A stretch of 32,000 bases of DNA from assembly GCA_963704655.1 (NCBI GenBank), contig OY969927.1, positions 830,137 to 862,136 on the forward strand, read 5' to 3'. Both the position numbers and the translations under genes were made by a program. Shown piece after piece: positions 31,826 to 32,000 of this stretch. Position 1 is the first letter of the stretch. Each line of letters begins with the position of its first letter. The notes under the pieces are model-generated. The model had not been told where the DNA came from, made no database searches, and saw nothing but the letters and a program-made list of their open reading frames with translations. Source of the stretch: an uncultured Candidatus Babeliaceae bacterium. Its GTDB lineage: Bacteria; Babelota; Babeliae; Babelales; Babelaceae.

Positions 31826-32000
31826 TTAATCTCGCTCGTTTAGCGTGCGCAATAAATTAGCAGCCATAGCCTTATCACCTAAGAACTTAAATATTTGATT
31901 CTCTTGAGCGATGTAGTAGCCGCTTTTCATATTATTACGTTCACAAAGCAGAACTTTCACGCCTTCTATCTCCTCCTCCACAATGGTAGGTGCAATAGAA
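31826..32000 (-). CDS. 3' end of a gene running off the right edge (hypothetical)
   Basis: My own minus-strand translation in the frame ending at 31999 gives SIAPTIVEEEIEGVKVLLCERNNMKSGYYIAQENQIFKFLGDKAMAANLLRTLNERD*, with the stop at 31828-31826. It is absent from the track because the start lies outside the window. Confidence 0.45.
   Translation of the reverse strand, partial: SIAPTIVEEEIEGVKVLLCERNNMKSGYYIAQENQIFKFLGDKAMAANLLRTLNERD

Overview
This is an AT-rich (by eye about 35-40% GC, not computed) bacterial chromosomal window. Most flanking chromosomal genes encode proteins with N-terminal signal peptides: two beta-propeller repeat proteins, a tandemly duplicated small C1q/BclA-like gene, two paralogous Sel1-repeat proteins, a PLD/Nuc-like protein and several coiled-coil or helical hypotheticals. 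Recognisable housekeeping or accessory genes are ung, a CE4 polysaccharide deacetylase, an SMR exporter (sugE/gdx-like), a GyrI-like protein and a VOC-domain fusion. A tRNA-Arg(UCU) at 9593-9669 appears to be the integration site of an element of about 14.2 kb (9660-23824). The element carries a large serine recombinase whose last five codons and stop lie inside the tRNA 3' end. A 10-bp copy of the tRNA 3' end (GGGCACACCA) marks its far boundary. It also carries a DUF3987-like replication protein followed by an iteron-like GTTGAA array, a SpoVG-like protein, and an HGGxSTG protein plus a small-terminase-like protein. I see no capsid, tail or lysis genes, so the layout resembles a phage satellite or PICI. 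The main candidate for a novel system is the element's only plus-strand block (12193-17560). It is a translationally coupled three-gene operon encoding an atypical 827-aa Hsp70, a 605-aa J-domain-like protein that lacks the HPD motif and has two C-terminal TM helices, and a classic-clade AAA+ ATPase. I do not recognise this triad as any named defence or chaperone system. All calls come from reading the sequence and the supplied translations; no database searches were run.
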